From the NCBI RefSeq assembly GCF_964204645.1, contig NC_134036.1:3844001-3908000 (forward strand): DNA of 64,000 nt, written 5' to 3'. Origin of the DNA: Tubulanus polymorphus (taxonomy: Eukaryota; Animalia; Nemertea). Shown here piece after piece: positions 42,945 to 57,022 of this stretch. A program made the position numbers and the translations under genes. The number at the start of each line of letters is the position of its first letter. The stretch's first letter is position 1. Below the pieces are notes generated by a model that did not search any database, had not been told where the DNA came from, and was given only the letters and a program-made list of their open reading frames with translations.

Positions 42945-43255
42945 ATTTGGCACAAACTCGTGGTAGAATTTTACCGGTCTCAACCTTACCGCAGTAAAAG
43001 ACAGAGTCTACTGTATTTCACAAACTCTTACTCATTATTTGACACCAACTCAGGATTCAGAATTTTACCAGTCTCAACTTTACCGCAGTCAGAGACAGAG
43101 TCTACTGTATTTCACAAACTCTTACTCAGTACTTGACACAAACTCGGGATAGAATTTCACCAGTCTTAACTTTACCGCAGTAAGAGACACAGTCGACTGT
43201 ATTTCACAAACTCTTACTCAGTATTTGACACCAACTCGGGGTAGAATTATACCTG
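42945..43255. repeat. ~93-bp tandem repeat (~3.3 copies)
   Basis: Unit ..TTACCGCAGTAAGAGACAGAGTCTACTGTATTTCACAAACTCTTACTCAGTATTTGACAC.. Confidence 0.8.
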
Positions 43256-45931
43256 TCCCTGATTTTCAGGGCCCGCGACCCTGCATAAAGCGAGCGGAGT
43301 GACATGAATTCAAAAACAACATCGGTCAAAAAGTCACCAGAGATTGTGTGTGACAGCACGCTCGCGCGCTTCGCGAAATGACGAGTAAGAAGATGGAATC
43401 GAAATGAAACCGAATTAAACACGAATAAATCCATCGATCGCGAAGACGAGGAATGTTCTACCGAATAACGACTGACTCAGAATCCCGGAGGTCGACGATG
43501 ATTCATCCGCAGAGATCTTGTACGCTTCTTTTTCAGATTCTTCTTTTTCTGAAGAATTCGAGGAGAAAAACCTTGAGATTTTCTTCCTACCACGCGAGCG
43601 ATCCTGGTCCCGACTGTACCAATTTTGGCACGGTTTACTAACCCCTAAATTTACTGAACTACTCAAGTATCTTCGCACCCTATTTCTCAAAATTGAAGGA
43701 GTTTAAAAAAGGAGATTCCGACAATTTGCTCGAATCAAAGGAGTTTCAAGCTCTTTTAGAAACACTTTCCGTTTTAGGAAGGAGTTTTCTTATTGAACCA
43801 AGGAGTCGTATAAAGGGACCCCGTTATAATAGGAGAGGAAATATCTAAAGGTATTTTGGTTTTCGTAGACAATTGAGAATAAAACCTACAATTAAACGAA
43901 GAAAAACTGATAGAGGATTTTGAAAACACCTTTTCCTCATCGAAATGTATAAACCTATCAGAAGGTCGTTTAATTGTGTACGCGTTATATAGGAATTAGG
44001 CTTATAGGTTCAGTTAAGTAAGGTGAGAGAGGAGTTGCTGGTGTAAGCAGCTGATTCCCGCCACTGCCTCGTGACACGGACAATAGCCGCATAGAAATAC
44101 CATATCCCGTTCTAACTGATCCATAATGATTATAGCTGTTGAAATGTTCATTATATCACGTGTCGAGCTTGTTAAAATCGTATTGCCCTGAAGGAGGTGT
44201 CTCACAACGACACAAGACCCACTGACAACATCGAGGTCTTTGAGAAACATCTGTCCTTTGAGATGAGAGTAGTAGTGGCTTCATACACCACACTAGGCCC
44301 AGGTTTCGTACGCCTTACGGTATAAAACTCAATTGAGTTTTTTTTATTCCGCTAACTCGAATTAATACCACGGGGCGACCACTTATCTGGAGATCAGGGA
44401 AATCAAGGACACAACAGGGAATTTTCTTTTCTTTAAAAATGTCAGAGAATTTCGTAAAAAAGCTTCAAGTCAGGGAAGTATTTGTTAAGATTTGCTAAAT
44501 CGCGCGTAAAATCAAACAGTTTCCGTCTATGCCTTACGTATTTGACTGTGTTAATTGATCGGATTCTTAGCGGATCAATTCAGGTAATATTTCAGGAAAA
44601 AAGCAAGTCACATATAAGTGGTCACCTCGCACCAGTCTACAAACTTTGGTTAACAGAAATGGCTGGTTATATACCATAGACACAACTACCAGGGTAATCC
44701 CCCGATCAGGCTCAGCCCCTAGGGCTTGGGGTTATCCTTCTTATGTACCTATCTATCTATGAAATTATATCCAAAGAAATTATGTTTATAATCTTGTACA
44801 TATTATTCATAAATAAATCATTCATTCATAACTCTCAGAGACCAACGAGTCAATGGTATAACCATTATAGAGAGATAGAAACGGCAATCGAAATGAGAAA
44901 AAAAATATCATACTATACCCATCTCAAGAACGGATATCGAGTGTGACAAAAATATCGGAGTTGGTTGAAACGTACGTAGTAGCTAGCACCTATCGACAGG
45001 AATCGAAATATTTCAATGAATTTCCTCATAGGTAGTTGTTTATGGTTAAATTGATATTTGTATTGTCAATAAGAAGGGGGGGGGGGCATTTCCTTCTTTC
45101 CTATGAATATGATCATAGGATATATCGGGACGTATTACTTAACGCGACCAACCAAGTTGTTGACTATAAACGGTGCTAATCGTATAGGTGCTAATATACC
45201 GAGACCTACGCACAGGTATGTTCCGGTTGACGAGCGATTATCTAAGAATCGAAACCGCAACCCAAAACAACAGCGTCATATCAACAGGTCGTCGTCGGTC
45301 TAACGCGAATAAATAGAGTATGAGAGGGTTTTCCCATTGATCGAGCCAATTTCGTACGGATAAGGCTAGATAAATCGATAACTTTGTTTCTATCATTTCT
45401 GCTGAGTTTAAACGTCGACCCGGCCGACCACCTACGTATCTACCCTGTACATTACTAATTATTCTAAAAATTATTATCACGTTAACCATAACAGATCCGG
45501 CAGCTATAGCAACGAACTGATTACAAAAATTTTATCGCAGTTTTTAAAAGTTACCCGGCCGATTAGGAGAAACAAGGTATCGTCTTATTATCATTTTAGC
45601 CCGATCGAGTGACTGATAGAAGATAACGCGAGAAACCGTTCATACGCGAAGAGGTCCTCTTTAAACCGGACCTCTCTTAACGAGTGTCACCAAAAACAAC
45701 GCCATAAATATCGAGTCGTATGAAATTAGAACGCATTACGCGCGCGCGCGCCGGGCTTCGCTCGCGAACTAATTACGACGACAAAAACCAAACAACAGGC
45801 ACCAATTATCATAAATCAATTTCAACAAACAACGTGCGTTCCGGGAGGGAAAGCTAGGCCTGTCATTTTTATACGTATATCTGTCTACTGGAATTTCGTA
45901 ATTGAAGCCTTAACGTTTAGGCAACCACTAT

Positions 45932-46500
45932 CAAGAGACCGTTCCCGAGAGTGGGGGCAGTAAGACATTTTCAGAGACTGTTCCCGACAATCAGGGGACA
46001 GTAAGCCATTTTCAGAGACTGTTCCTGACAATCAGGGGACAGAAAACCACTTGCAGAGACTGTTCCTCTGACAATCAGGGGACAGTAAACCATTTTTAGA
46101 GACTGTTCCTGACAATCAGGGGACAGAAAACCACTTTCAGAGACTGTTACTGACAATCAGGGGACAGTAAACCATTTTTAGAGACTGTTCCTGACAATCA
46201 GGGGACAGAAAACCACTTTCAGAGACTGTTACTGACAATCAGGGGACAGTAGGCCTAAGCCATTTTCAGAGACTGTTCCTGACAATCAGGGGACAGAAAA
46301 CCACTTTCAGAGACTGTTCCTTTGACAATTAGGGGACAGTAAGCCATTTTCAGAGACTGTTCCTGTTCCTGACAATCAGGGGACAGATAACCACTTTCAG
46401 AGACTGTTCCCGACAATCAGGTGACAGTAAACCATTTTCAGAGACCGTTCCTCATAATCAAGGGACAACACGGGACCGGATCTGACAATCAGGGGACATT
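45932..46500. repeat. 41-bp minisatellite (~13 copies) with alternating A/B units
   Basis: Unit CAGAGACTGTTCCTGACAATCAGGGGACAG(TAAACCATTTT or AAAACCACTTT); internal hairpin CCTGA-CAA-TCAGG. Confidence 0.9.
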
Positions 46501-49500
46501 TCTCCCTGTGAACAAACACAGCAGTTCGACACAGTATTCTAAGACACCCACAGGAGCGCGACGTACTAGAAGGTTCAATCGAGGCACACGACGAACACGA
46601 TCACCGACCACGCCTAAAAAACCCGACTGTCGACTGATAGACCGATCGAATCGATACGAAGTAATCATCCGTCGATCAGCGTATCGAACGGTAATCCACC
46701 GCCGTCGGTAATCGCCTCTAAAAATAACCTCCTTAGAAAAATAATCTATATACGAGAGACTAATTAAAATAGACCTAATTATAATCGACATGTCACGTCA
46801 TTATCGCCTTAAAGACTTCGGAGATAATCCCTAGAGAATGGACTGCAGGCTTTGAGTGTCAAGTTGCCAGGGGCTGGTAGCTCGAAACTTAGTTAGAGCT
46901 TGGAGTAATCATCGAATGATTGCTCCAAGGTTAGATTCGACCAGTGGATTGTTGACATAGCGATGATTAAAAGTTCATTGTTATTACGGGTATTTATCCG
47001 GCATGGTTATGAACCTTTGAGCAGAACTGACTCCAGAGGTTCTCGTTACTATACTATTTAATACTTCCTTGTCGAAGGTTAGTGAACCGAATCGCATATT
47101 AATGATTAAGCGGGAGCTTTATTTATCTATCGCCTTAAAATGCCATTAACCAGAGTAAAATCTGTCGAAATAACATCGAATACTTTTAATTAGCGGCTTT
47201 AACGAGACATTATGCGAGGATCAGAAGAGGTGAAAAGCTCGAAATAGCATCGCGAAAAACCTATTCGTCCCTTCGCCCAAAAAGGTGGATTCAGGGGAGG
47301 TCTCGGGGTCCGGACCCCGACCTTCCTTCCGTTCCAACCGAGGTTGCGCAATTTCCGGGAAGACAAAAATAGCACGTAGGACACCTCGCTTTATCGGAAA
47401 AATGCATCGGTCATTTCTTCTGGACCTTCCAATTTTCTTAGATCCACCTCGTCCAACTGTAGTGACCGTCGGAATGAAAACACTAGGGTCAAAACCAAAG
47501 CAGCATGAAGTTAAAACCACGCGTTTCGATATATCTTAACCCGACGGAAAGGGAACTTTCTTTTCGAGAAAAAAAAAACATTTTTTCATGGGTTTAAGTA
47601 CCAATATAGAATACGTATTTATCCTGTAAGATGCGAGGTATGAATACATTTCGGATGACTCACTCTGACAGAAGACGCCGCGAGCAGCGCGCGCCGGTTA
47701 TTGGCAGATACCGGCGTTTCTACAACACTGACTGACTGAGACTGACTGGATTATTATTAATAATATAACTACTAAACGTCTTCTGTTTAACACGTTACAC
47801 AACATTCCTCTGTATTAACCCTTCTTTTTAAGAAACGTCCGTCCGTCGAATCGAGGTGATCTTGTTAAAGAAATTACGGTAATTTCTACCAGTTCTAACG
47901 ACTTCGGGTCGCGGCAGTTCGAACCCTGATTGTTGTACATGCCCGAAGTAAAGTAAATGGCTACCTGGCCTGATATATCAGGGCGTTTTTTCCATGCTAT
48001 TACACAAAATCAACCCCCCCCCCCCCCAGTGTATCAGAGAAATATCTATGTTTAGAATTTTGCAATTCATTCGTTTTTCATCGAATTATGTACTAATTGA
48101 GAAAAATGTGGCCAATAACATTATTCGAATTCCCCGAGTTTTCCAGGTTTTTGGAAAAACTTGTCCAATTCACTGAGTTTTCCCTGATTTTTAAGGTCAG
48201 TGGATGACTCCTGAGCGCTCGATGAGGACCTCTCACATTACATCTCCCCAGATCGAGATGACAGTAAGAGGTTCGGGGAATATAAACATTGTGTAAAACA
48301 ATGAATGAACAAGCTGGATTGAATCTAAGGATTCTTGTGCTGTATGAATGTCAATTAGTATTAGTATTTACAATTGGGGACCTTTTAAGTTGTTTACTAG
48401 TGTACTGACTTGATTGTTACTGATTTGGGAGCAGTTTGTAAACGGTAAACAGAAATCGATCACAGTCAATGAACTAGCAGTAATGAATTGAGAATAAGGC
48501 TTTATTAATATGCCTGGAGTCCGGTTGCACAGACCAAGACCATCAATCCAAGACCATCTAAGTTCTAGTGACAATCTCTAACAATTCAAGACTTAAGAAA
48601 TCGCTTTCGGACTTCAGCGACGACGGTCCTACTACTGAGAGCCCTGAACATAAATCGTCGTATATGAAACTTAATCGCAAAAGGAAACTAAAAAAAGCTA
48701 TCAAAAATGTTCGAATTGAAGAGCCCTCGAGCGAGACGCGCCGCGAATAAAACAAACGAAGAGCGGATTGGCCTACCTTTTATAACGAAAGACAAGCACC
48801 GCCATTAACGAGAATTTACAAACGCCGAACGTCGCGAAACCAAACAGAAACGCTATTCACTCGGATATATACGGAACATGTAACAGCAACGTAGTACGTT
48901 CAGACAGAGGGTCCTAGAACACTCCAGACAAGCAGAGAATGTTACGATCTATATCGAAAGTGATTACCACCGACACCGACACCGGCGAGGGCTGAATGTT
49001 TTTTCAATAATATATATGCGTTGGCACCAATTAGAATTCCCAGGGTAACGTTTTTTTTTTGTAATTGATAATATGACGTATAATAAGACAAACTCCATCA
49101 GTAGAAGGCATAAACTAATTAAAAATAGCTAACGACTTTAGGAGTCCAGGGACGCTGTCTCCACTGTCTGATATGGGCAAAAATCTGTGACAATGTCGAT
49201 ATTCAACGCCCCCTGGTGAACGTACACACGTGTACGCCTTTGAAACTGGCCACTATCATTGAGCTATAATTCAGTGACCAGGATACCTCCTTATTGAGAA
49301 AAGATGTCAGCCTTACATCATCAAAATTAGGCCTAAACCAAATATATCTCGGTCGAAAGGAGATAGGCCTATACGGTTTTTGTCACCATGTCTTGAAAGT
49401 AGACGGACGATATAGAGAACCAGAAAAAGAAGTAGAACTTATAATCATAGGCCTAGGCCTACTTCGGTCTTACACATTGCACAGTGGCCGCCATCTTAAA

Positions 49501-49902
49501 TACCTTTTAAGCCACAGTGCGGAGAGGTTAAATTAAATATTTAAAAAAAGCGTAAAACATGGGTGGCCAAAAATGATGACCGATTTTTTTTAGTTAGGGG
49601 GGCCAAATATGAAAATTTACAGATCTCTCATCAAAACTTATATCCCTACACAACTTAGGCGGAGGTATAGTATGCCAGTTCAGGTCTGATGGCAATTTTC
49701 GAAATATATCATTGTCACCATTGAATCAGTCAATATCTGTGTTTTCGTACAGAATCAGAAAATAGAACCAGGAAATGAATGAATTGAGAAATCGTCGTAA
49801 ATTTGTTCTCTCGATTCGGAGCCGATTTTCGCTCGAACTAACGGGCGAAATGGGCGTCACGCAGGCCTCGTCGACGTGGAAAGCGTCAAAATTCAATTCC
49901 TA

Positions 49903-50658
49903 CCTGAAATCGGCGATTGTTAGCGGTTATTAGCGGTAAAATCACGATTCGAAGCGGTTAATCTCTCTTTAAAAGCGACAACACCGGATAACGGGTAGTA
50001 CAAGTGAGTAAGCGAACGATCACTACGCCGCGGCGGCCGCTTCACCGCCAACGCCCCGATGACCTTCACCTCGGGCTTTGTTTACATTCAGAACGCCGGG
50101 CGCGAATATCCCCTCGAATAACTCTGATCGTTTTTAATTGAAACCGAAACCGTTTAATCGTGATATAAACTAAAAAACGGCGATTATTTCGTCGCTGAAA
50201 TGTAAACTCGGAAGTGGGGATTATTTTTCACAATGGCCGCCGCCGTTTTAGACGCACGTGTTTTCGTTGCGGCGGTAATAAATATCGTGTTTACCCGGGT
50301 ATTTTCGAAGACGGCGAATGCGTTTTAGAAATAATTTCTCATCTAGTCGAAAATCATGATCCCTCGACGAAAAAGGAATCGTTTTAAGAAACAACTAGCA
50401 ATTTACATGTACCACATGATAACAAAAATGGCGACGCCCAAGGGTCACATGACACAAATATGGCGGCGCCCTTGTTCGTTTCAACTCTCGAAATGGCGTA
50501 ATAGATATGTCGCAATAAAGTAAACAAAACAACATCGTCGCCCTGGTCTGATAGTTATTTTTCCGGGTTTTTCCAAAGTTGATTCGCATTGAACTGGAGA
50601 TGAGGAGCTGAGCTTTATTTAGGAAGAGAAAAGAACTGAAACAACAGCAGAAGTAGAA
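49903..50658. promoter_or_regulatory. Probable bidirectional promoter / first exons of CDC42SE (-) and Rab (+)
   Basis: CpG-rich stretch. Minus-strand donor cag|gtagga at about 49902. Clustered YY1-like AAAATGGCG/AATATGGCGGC motifs near 50424, 50457, 50490. Inference only. Confidence 0.45.
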
Positions 50659-53600
50659 ATGTCGAACAACATAACAACGATTGAAGCTAAAATCGTCGTG
50701 CTCGGTTCACAAGGTAAGTCTCGATTGGGTCTAACTGCAGTTTGGGTCACCTATCCACTGGGTGGCGCTAGTGTTATTAAAGAATGGTGTTATGGTAAGG
50801 GTTAGGTACATAACCATTAGGGACACCTAAACTGCAGTCATACCCGTTCGTCGTTTTTAGGCAAAATTTTAGGCAAAAAGACTTTTCTGGTCGCAGCGGC
50901 TAGTGGACTCTGAATTCGTCCACCAAGGGCTTGTCAGTCCCATGATAGCTGAGGGCACAAAATGAAACAGTTGCCAGCTATCGTGATGATGATACATCGA
51001 AGAATTGTTGACCCACCCAATATTATGTGCATATCTAAGGCCTAAAAGAGATTCGATCAGGAAAAAGGCCTGTTGTCTAATAATTCCTGAACTTGATATG
51101 ATTGATATGATATGATAAAAGCGATGGTGTCTGACGAGTTGAGGTTGGAAAGTCAGAAAAATGAATTTCATTTCGTTCGAGTTTGTCAAAAGTCTCGAGT
51201 CGGCCATGTCTGAGTAAAAAAGGCCGGATTAATCGGATGGACTGATAAAAAAAAGCCTTGCGATGCCATCAGCCTCAAATCCCTATTGCCTTTACCCTTC
51301 GGGCGTGGGCCGCTGCATTCAGTTCATGTTTTCTCAACGAATTTCCATGAAGTTTGTCTTCTCTTCTGTTTGCAGGTGTGGGTAAGACCAGTTTGGTCGT
51401 GCGGTACGTTTCGAATGCCTACAATCATAACGCCACGCCGACTATCGGCGCTTCATTTTTCACTTGTAAATTGTAAGTTCATTTTTGTTTATCGATTTTT
51501 GGCTCGACGTCGTCGTTATTTGTTGTAAATTTTTCGTGGTTTTGTTTCGCAGAGCGATTGATAGTTACCGAGTGAAACTGCAGGTATGGGACACGGCCGG
51601 GCAGGAGCGTTTTAGGGCTATGGTATGTATGGCATTTGTCTATAGTTAGTAATTAGTAATCATCGTGTTTGAAAGATGTCAGCACTTATCATGTTGAAAT
51701 ATTAGTTACTTCGAACGAGACAACGCATTGCATTGTAGTTAGCGGTGCCCATTGAACAACACACTGGGGTGGATTTTTTTTAATATTCAAATTACCTCCA
51801 ACACCTGGGGCCAGTTGAACAGTCGGACTTAAGTCAAAAAGTGGTCCTAAATCTTAAGACTGGTCTTAAGTTGTTAGATTGGCTATAGAACTTAGTTGGT
51901 CTTAGACCGGTCTTAAGTCAAAGCCATGACTACGCAACCGGCCCCTGGGTTCAAAAATTAGCTAGCACTGAAAGGGTTAGGCATGGCGATTATATACAAG
52001 TTCTGGAATCGGCGTAAAAAGTCCTTGAAAGTCATTAAATGAGATTGGTCATGGATGCTTTGAACCCTGAAATTGTTATCTTGTAACGAAACTCTAAATT
52101 GTTATACAGGCTCCGATGTATTATCGTAAAGCGAACGCGGCGTTCCTCGTGTTTGATCTGACGTCCGCTGAAAGTTTCGAAGATGTCAAAACGTGGGTTA
52201 AAGGTAACTACCGTCAATTAATGAAAAATAGAATCGGAATTCTATTGACTACAATGTCTGCAGTTAAAAACTAGAAAAAAATGTCAAACTGAATTTTTCG
52301 CTTTCAACTAGAAACTGTCATCGAGAAATGAAGAAATCTCGGGTGTTTCAAATGTTTTGGCTTTTTCTTCAATATTCTAGCCTTTATACGCGACTCATTA
52401 CAAATGTCTACCTTTTCTCGACTACCTTCTGTTTTATCAACTTCATGTTTAATCTATCACTTACGGTTATGTTTATTTTGTTGTAGAACTCAAGCGCAAT
52501 ATAGACGGGACTATAGGTATGTATAGAGAGTTGGAGGGTTCGAATCCCTGGTAAACCGTGTTATTCGGTCGGGACACGCGTCCAGTGTTTCCTGACTCAC
52601 TGATCTTACGACAAAAGTAGTAGCTCCGAAGAATACTTTAGAGATTGAAAAGGCGCTTGGTAGCTATATGTGAATGAAGGGCTGAATAAGGAGTTCCAGG
52701 CTGTAAATAGATGATAAACCCGAATATGCTACTGTGATGACATCTTTCCGATAGCTCACGTTCTTATTTCTACGTTCCATGTGTTATATGTGTCAGAGTG
52801 TATAACAGCGTTCCTACTAGCTCGGCTAGCGGGAATATTCCCTTTGGCTCAGCGGTAGAGCGTCCGCCTTGGACGCCAGACATCGAGAGTTCGAATCTCG
52901 AGAAGGACAGAAATTTCTTCCTGTTACATATATGCCCGTGAACTACTAACGCCTGTGTATATATATACATTTCAGCCATGTGCGTATTAGGAAATAAAAA
53001 TGATCTGGAAAACGAACGCGAAGTTCCGAAAGACATCGCGCAGGACTACGCCACGTCTATTGGCGCCCTCTATTTCGAAACGTCCGCTCTCGAAAACAAC
53101 GGTAATGAATGAATGATTTATTTACTTGTATGTACAAGATTATAAACATAAAATGTGTTTCCTAACTACGCCCAAAGAGGCGAAGTACAAAAAGCCAATA
53201 TTAGGCCCGCTCTCGCACTGAGGGGCCAATTTTGAAGGACTTGTCACACCCCAAAAGGGCACTTTGAAGTACAAAAGGCAATATTAGGTGAATCTTTTTT
53301 AAGGTTAACATTTTGAAGGACTTTTGACATCACTTTGATATTCAAAAAGACAATATCAAGTGTACTCCCACGCTAGATGCGCCAATTATCTTTGTCGAAT
53401 GAAAAAGTGCACTCTAAAAATTTGATCGACAACGATTGGTAGAACACTATATCCGTGTTGACGCGATGAGGAGAGAATCCCACAATGATAATAAAAAGTC
53501 CGAAAATGTAACTTCGAGATAGTAGTTTATTTCAACGTTTCGACTATATCCTAATAGTCATCTTCAGGAATAATGATTATTCCTGAAGATGACTATTAGG

Positions 53601-54029
53601 ATATAGTCGAAATGTTGAAATAAACTACTATCTCGAAGTTTCATTTTCGGACTTTTTATTAACATTGTGGGATTCTCTCCTCATTGATCGACAAGTCTGT
53701 GGTGTAAATGTGTTAAAAGGGTTAAGGCTCTATTTAGAATTCCGCTTACAATCTGAAACCAGATATCGTAATGCGTGATTTTCCTTTTTAATTACGATAC
53801 GCATGATTTGATTATATCTACAGGTATACAGGACGCGTTCATGCAGGTGGCGCTGCGGTTGATCACGCTGTGCGAAACTCAGCCGAACAACAGCGGCATG
53901 AAGATGCTCGAATACGCGGGAAACATCGCCGACGACTCGGTGAAACTGAGAGCTCCCGATCCGGCTGCGGCGGGCGCGACGCCGGGCCAGCAGGCGACTA
54001 AATCGTCATCGGAGTGTTGCAGCAGTTGA
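50659..54029 (+). CDS. Rab5/21/22-group small GTPase, RabX1/Rab50-like
   Basis: Exons 50659-50713, 51376-51472, 51553-51622, 52110-52203, 52487-52516, 52976-53101, 53824-54029 in phase. Motifs GSQGVGKTS, PTIGASFF, WDTAGQERFRAMAPMYYR, GNKND, ETSA, C-terminal CCSS prenylation motif. IEAKIVVLG and SFFTC resemble Drosophila RabX1. Confidence 0.93.
52838..52908 (+). pseudogene. Degenerate tRNA-like sequence (tRNA pseudogene or SINE head; TGG in loop)
   Basis: D-arm GCTCAGCGGTAGAGC and T-loop GTTCGAATC present, but acceptor and anticodon stems are mispaired. Confidence 0.4.
53422..53694. mobile_element. Palindromic Penelope-like mini-element, subfamily A
   Basis: Near-perfect inverted arms with tail on the left. 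11-bp TSD TTGATCGACAA at 53422-53432 and 53684-53694. Confidence 0.75.
53528..53574 (-). ncRNA. Minimal hammerhead ribozyme motif (intact arm of an inverted pair)
   Basis: Reverse complement TTATTCCTGAAGATGACTATTAGGATATAGTCGAAACGTTGAAATAA. The mirror copy on + (about 53577-53623) reads GAAATGTT. Confidence 0.65.
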
Positions 54030-57022
54030 GATTCGTTCCAGAGCGAAGACGATTCCGTGATTCCTTAAAAACTCTAACTGAACTGTAAATGCTTTTAAAG
54101 GTGCTCGAAACTCTTTTGAAAATGTCAGAAACTCCTTTAAAACTTGTTCAATTTTGAGAAATGTCTGCGTAGTATTGTATGATAAACTTACGCCTAAATC
54201 GATGCAGTTAGGACCAGGATTTGTTTTCACCCAATAAGGCGGTTACCAAATTAGAAACCAAGTTTAGGTAGTGTTAGATATTGCTTACAAAACCACCGAA
54301 TAAACAGTTTACCGAGATAAACTGTACAGATTTATGAGGAGTCTACTGTAATTGAGATATGAAAGTCTTGCGGACACTGACTCCAAATTTGAAATATTCT
54401 CCTTTAAAACTCTTTATATCCAGGAATGACCGATCCGTAGGGGCCGTGCAACAGAATACGGTAGACTCCTCCTAACTCGAGAATCAATTGTGATCAATTT
54501 GTTTTCGTTCATGAAATATTGCAATTTTTTCGAGATTTTAGTTTTGAAAAAGGTGATTATGCGGGTATGGCTATGGAATTAAGGCTAAAAAGATGATGCC
54601 TTGTTTCTCCTAATCGGCCGGGTCACTTAGCGAACCGCGATGAAATTTCGTAATCAGTTCATTTCTATAACTGCCGGATCTGTTACGGTTACCATGATCG
54701 CGATTGTAAGAAATAATCATTAACAAGGTAGATAGGCGGCAGCTGGTCGGGTCAGTAGAAATGAGAAACAAGGTACCAATTTCTTAAGCCTTAATTCACA
54801 TTCTGTTTTTGAATAGTTCTGAAATTTGTTTTTCCCGAATTAGACAGTGGTACACAATCTGTTGTTGTAATATGATGCTGAGATTTGTATAAGGGAGTCA
54901 AGAGATTATTCGAACTGAAAAGTACAGTTCAAGTCCTTTGTAACGCCACAGTCCGGGACAAATGAAATACACGCATAAAGAATGGTATTTTTATCGATTT
55001 TGAGTTCGATTGAACAAAGATATTCAATGACAAAATGTTAGTAAGCATTGGTATTAAGAAGGATGCCGCCAGCGTTATAACGGACTTCAACTGTATTCAA
55101 GTTAAGAGAAGAATCTATTGTATTTCTATTTGTTGCTGATGCCAGTTTTATTTCGTGTTTTTTTTCACTTCAGTTCATATTAGAGATTAATCATTGGTTT
55201 CGCGTTCTCCGTCTCTGTAACTGTGCGCATACTGTCTGTCCGGGTCTGTTGTGGATATTTAGATTTTCTTGATGCAGTTCCACAATTTGACTCGGCACGC
55301 CGTGAGTTAATTTCGACTCCGTCCCCCAGTTCCACAGTTGTGTTGGTTTTATTTGATCCGGGACCCGGTTACGCAGTCGTGTAGTTCTCGTTAGACTGCG
55401 GATCCAATTCCACAGTTGTTTGGATTAATTTCCACTGTGGATTCAGTTCCGCAGTAGCGTGAGTTTAATTTGTCTCAGGATCCAGTTTAGTTAGTTACCT
55501 AATCGTTGGTGGTAAGCTTTTTATTATCGGATTGGCTTACATGTGGTTGATGAAAATATCCGATCGTGAAACTAAACCACAGTCAGGTTACTGACTAGAT
55601 CCAGTTCTAAAGTTGTGTGGATTTAATTTGACTCTGAACCCAGAGTTCCGTGGGTTAAATGCGACTCCGGATCTAGTTCGAGGTTTTTTCAAGAGTTGGA
55701 TTTGTCTGTGTATGAAGTTCTTCAGTTATGTGCTATATTGTACGTGGTTTAATTTGACTCGGAATTACACGTAAATAAATACAAACGCGTGATTGGCGGC
55801 TGTAGCTTTGTGTGCTCCAAGGTTATATACACTGCTTTAAGATACGTGTATTTATTTCGACGGCTCGATATCAGTATTTTCTATCCGTGAATTCATATGC
55901 ACATTTTGATAACTCGGTAAAATAGACCGTTGAAAAATAAGTAAATTACATATGGTCAGTGTTCTTCGTATGCTGGAATTTTAAAGGGCGGCCCCTTCGT
56001 TGTGAAGTAGCAAGGCTTCGATCCCCTACAGAATGCAGAAATTGATTTTGGTGTAATCTACAATTTTTCGTATTCGTGTATCAGCATTGATAGAATATTG
56101 ACATCCGCTCTAATAGGGGCAGCAGATATTTCATAAGAGATGGCTGATTTTCAGATGGGTGGATGTTAAAACGAAAGGGGTTACCGCCCCTTTAAAACCT
56201 GTTGCGGAGAACAGTGATTGTGTAATTCTGTATGTAGGTAGGGTCTCGCTGTGCTGTGGATGTCGTTGTGAGAATTCGTGAAATTTTGATCTGATTTTAA
56301 ATTCGATGGGCGCGTGCGAATGTACAGGGGTCAGTTATATGCTCGTATAGTAATGTTGAATTTCGCACGCGCTTCTCTGATTCCGCCGAAATGTAATAAG
56401 TATACACGGTATATTGAAATCATATATATATATTAATGAAAATTCTATTTGTACAAAAATCTAATTGGAAATGAAATTTTTTATATATCCATTGTTGAAT
56501 AGATTCGTTCATGATATGATTATTATGATTGTAACTATTATTAAAGTGATTTATCCGAAATATACATTGTATGTAAATAGAAGAACAAAGCTTTTAAGAT
56601 TAAGGGTTGAAGCTGAGGTCTTAACAACAAGAAGCAAAAACTGCAAAGTTATATATTTTTATATAATTCGAATTTCCCATTTGACCAGAGTTGGCTTTTC
56701 ACACGTCGTCATACTTTGCGGATCATAAGATTCGACGTTGCTTTAGACGAGGTGACCTTTCTGATAGAAATAGGCTATTGTAGTATGGAAGTTTATCGAT
56801 GCAAAGACCCGAATCCGCCAAAATGAGAATACAAGGGAAGTTTTCGACCGAAATGGCTATAGCCTAGATAGTGGTGGTCAAGATGCACGAATCCGGCCAC
56901 TGTATACGGTATCGTGGAATATGCGCTATAAATCTTATCGTCCTCGGATGCAGAACTTCTACGTAAAACGGCTAATATTCATCAACCGGTATCGTTTTTT
57001 GATTCAGATAAAGTACGTATAT

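Noticed and set aside
43415-43706. Charged low-complexity ORFs on both strands
   Set aside because: No recognisable domain and no convincing splice sites linking them to a gene.
52838-52908. Functional tRNA-Pro(TGG)
   Set aside because: Anticodon and acceptor stems do not pair; treated as a pseudogene or SINE head.
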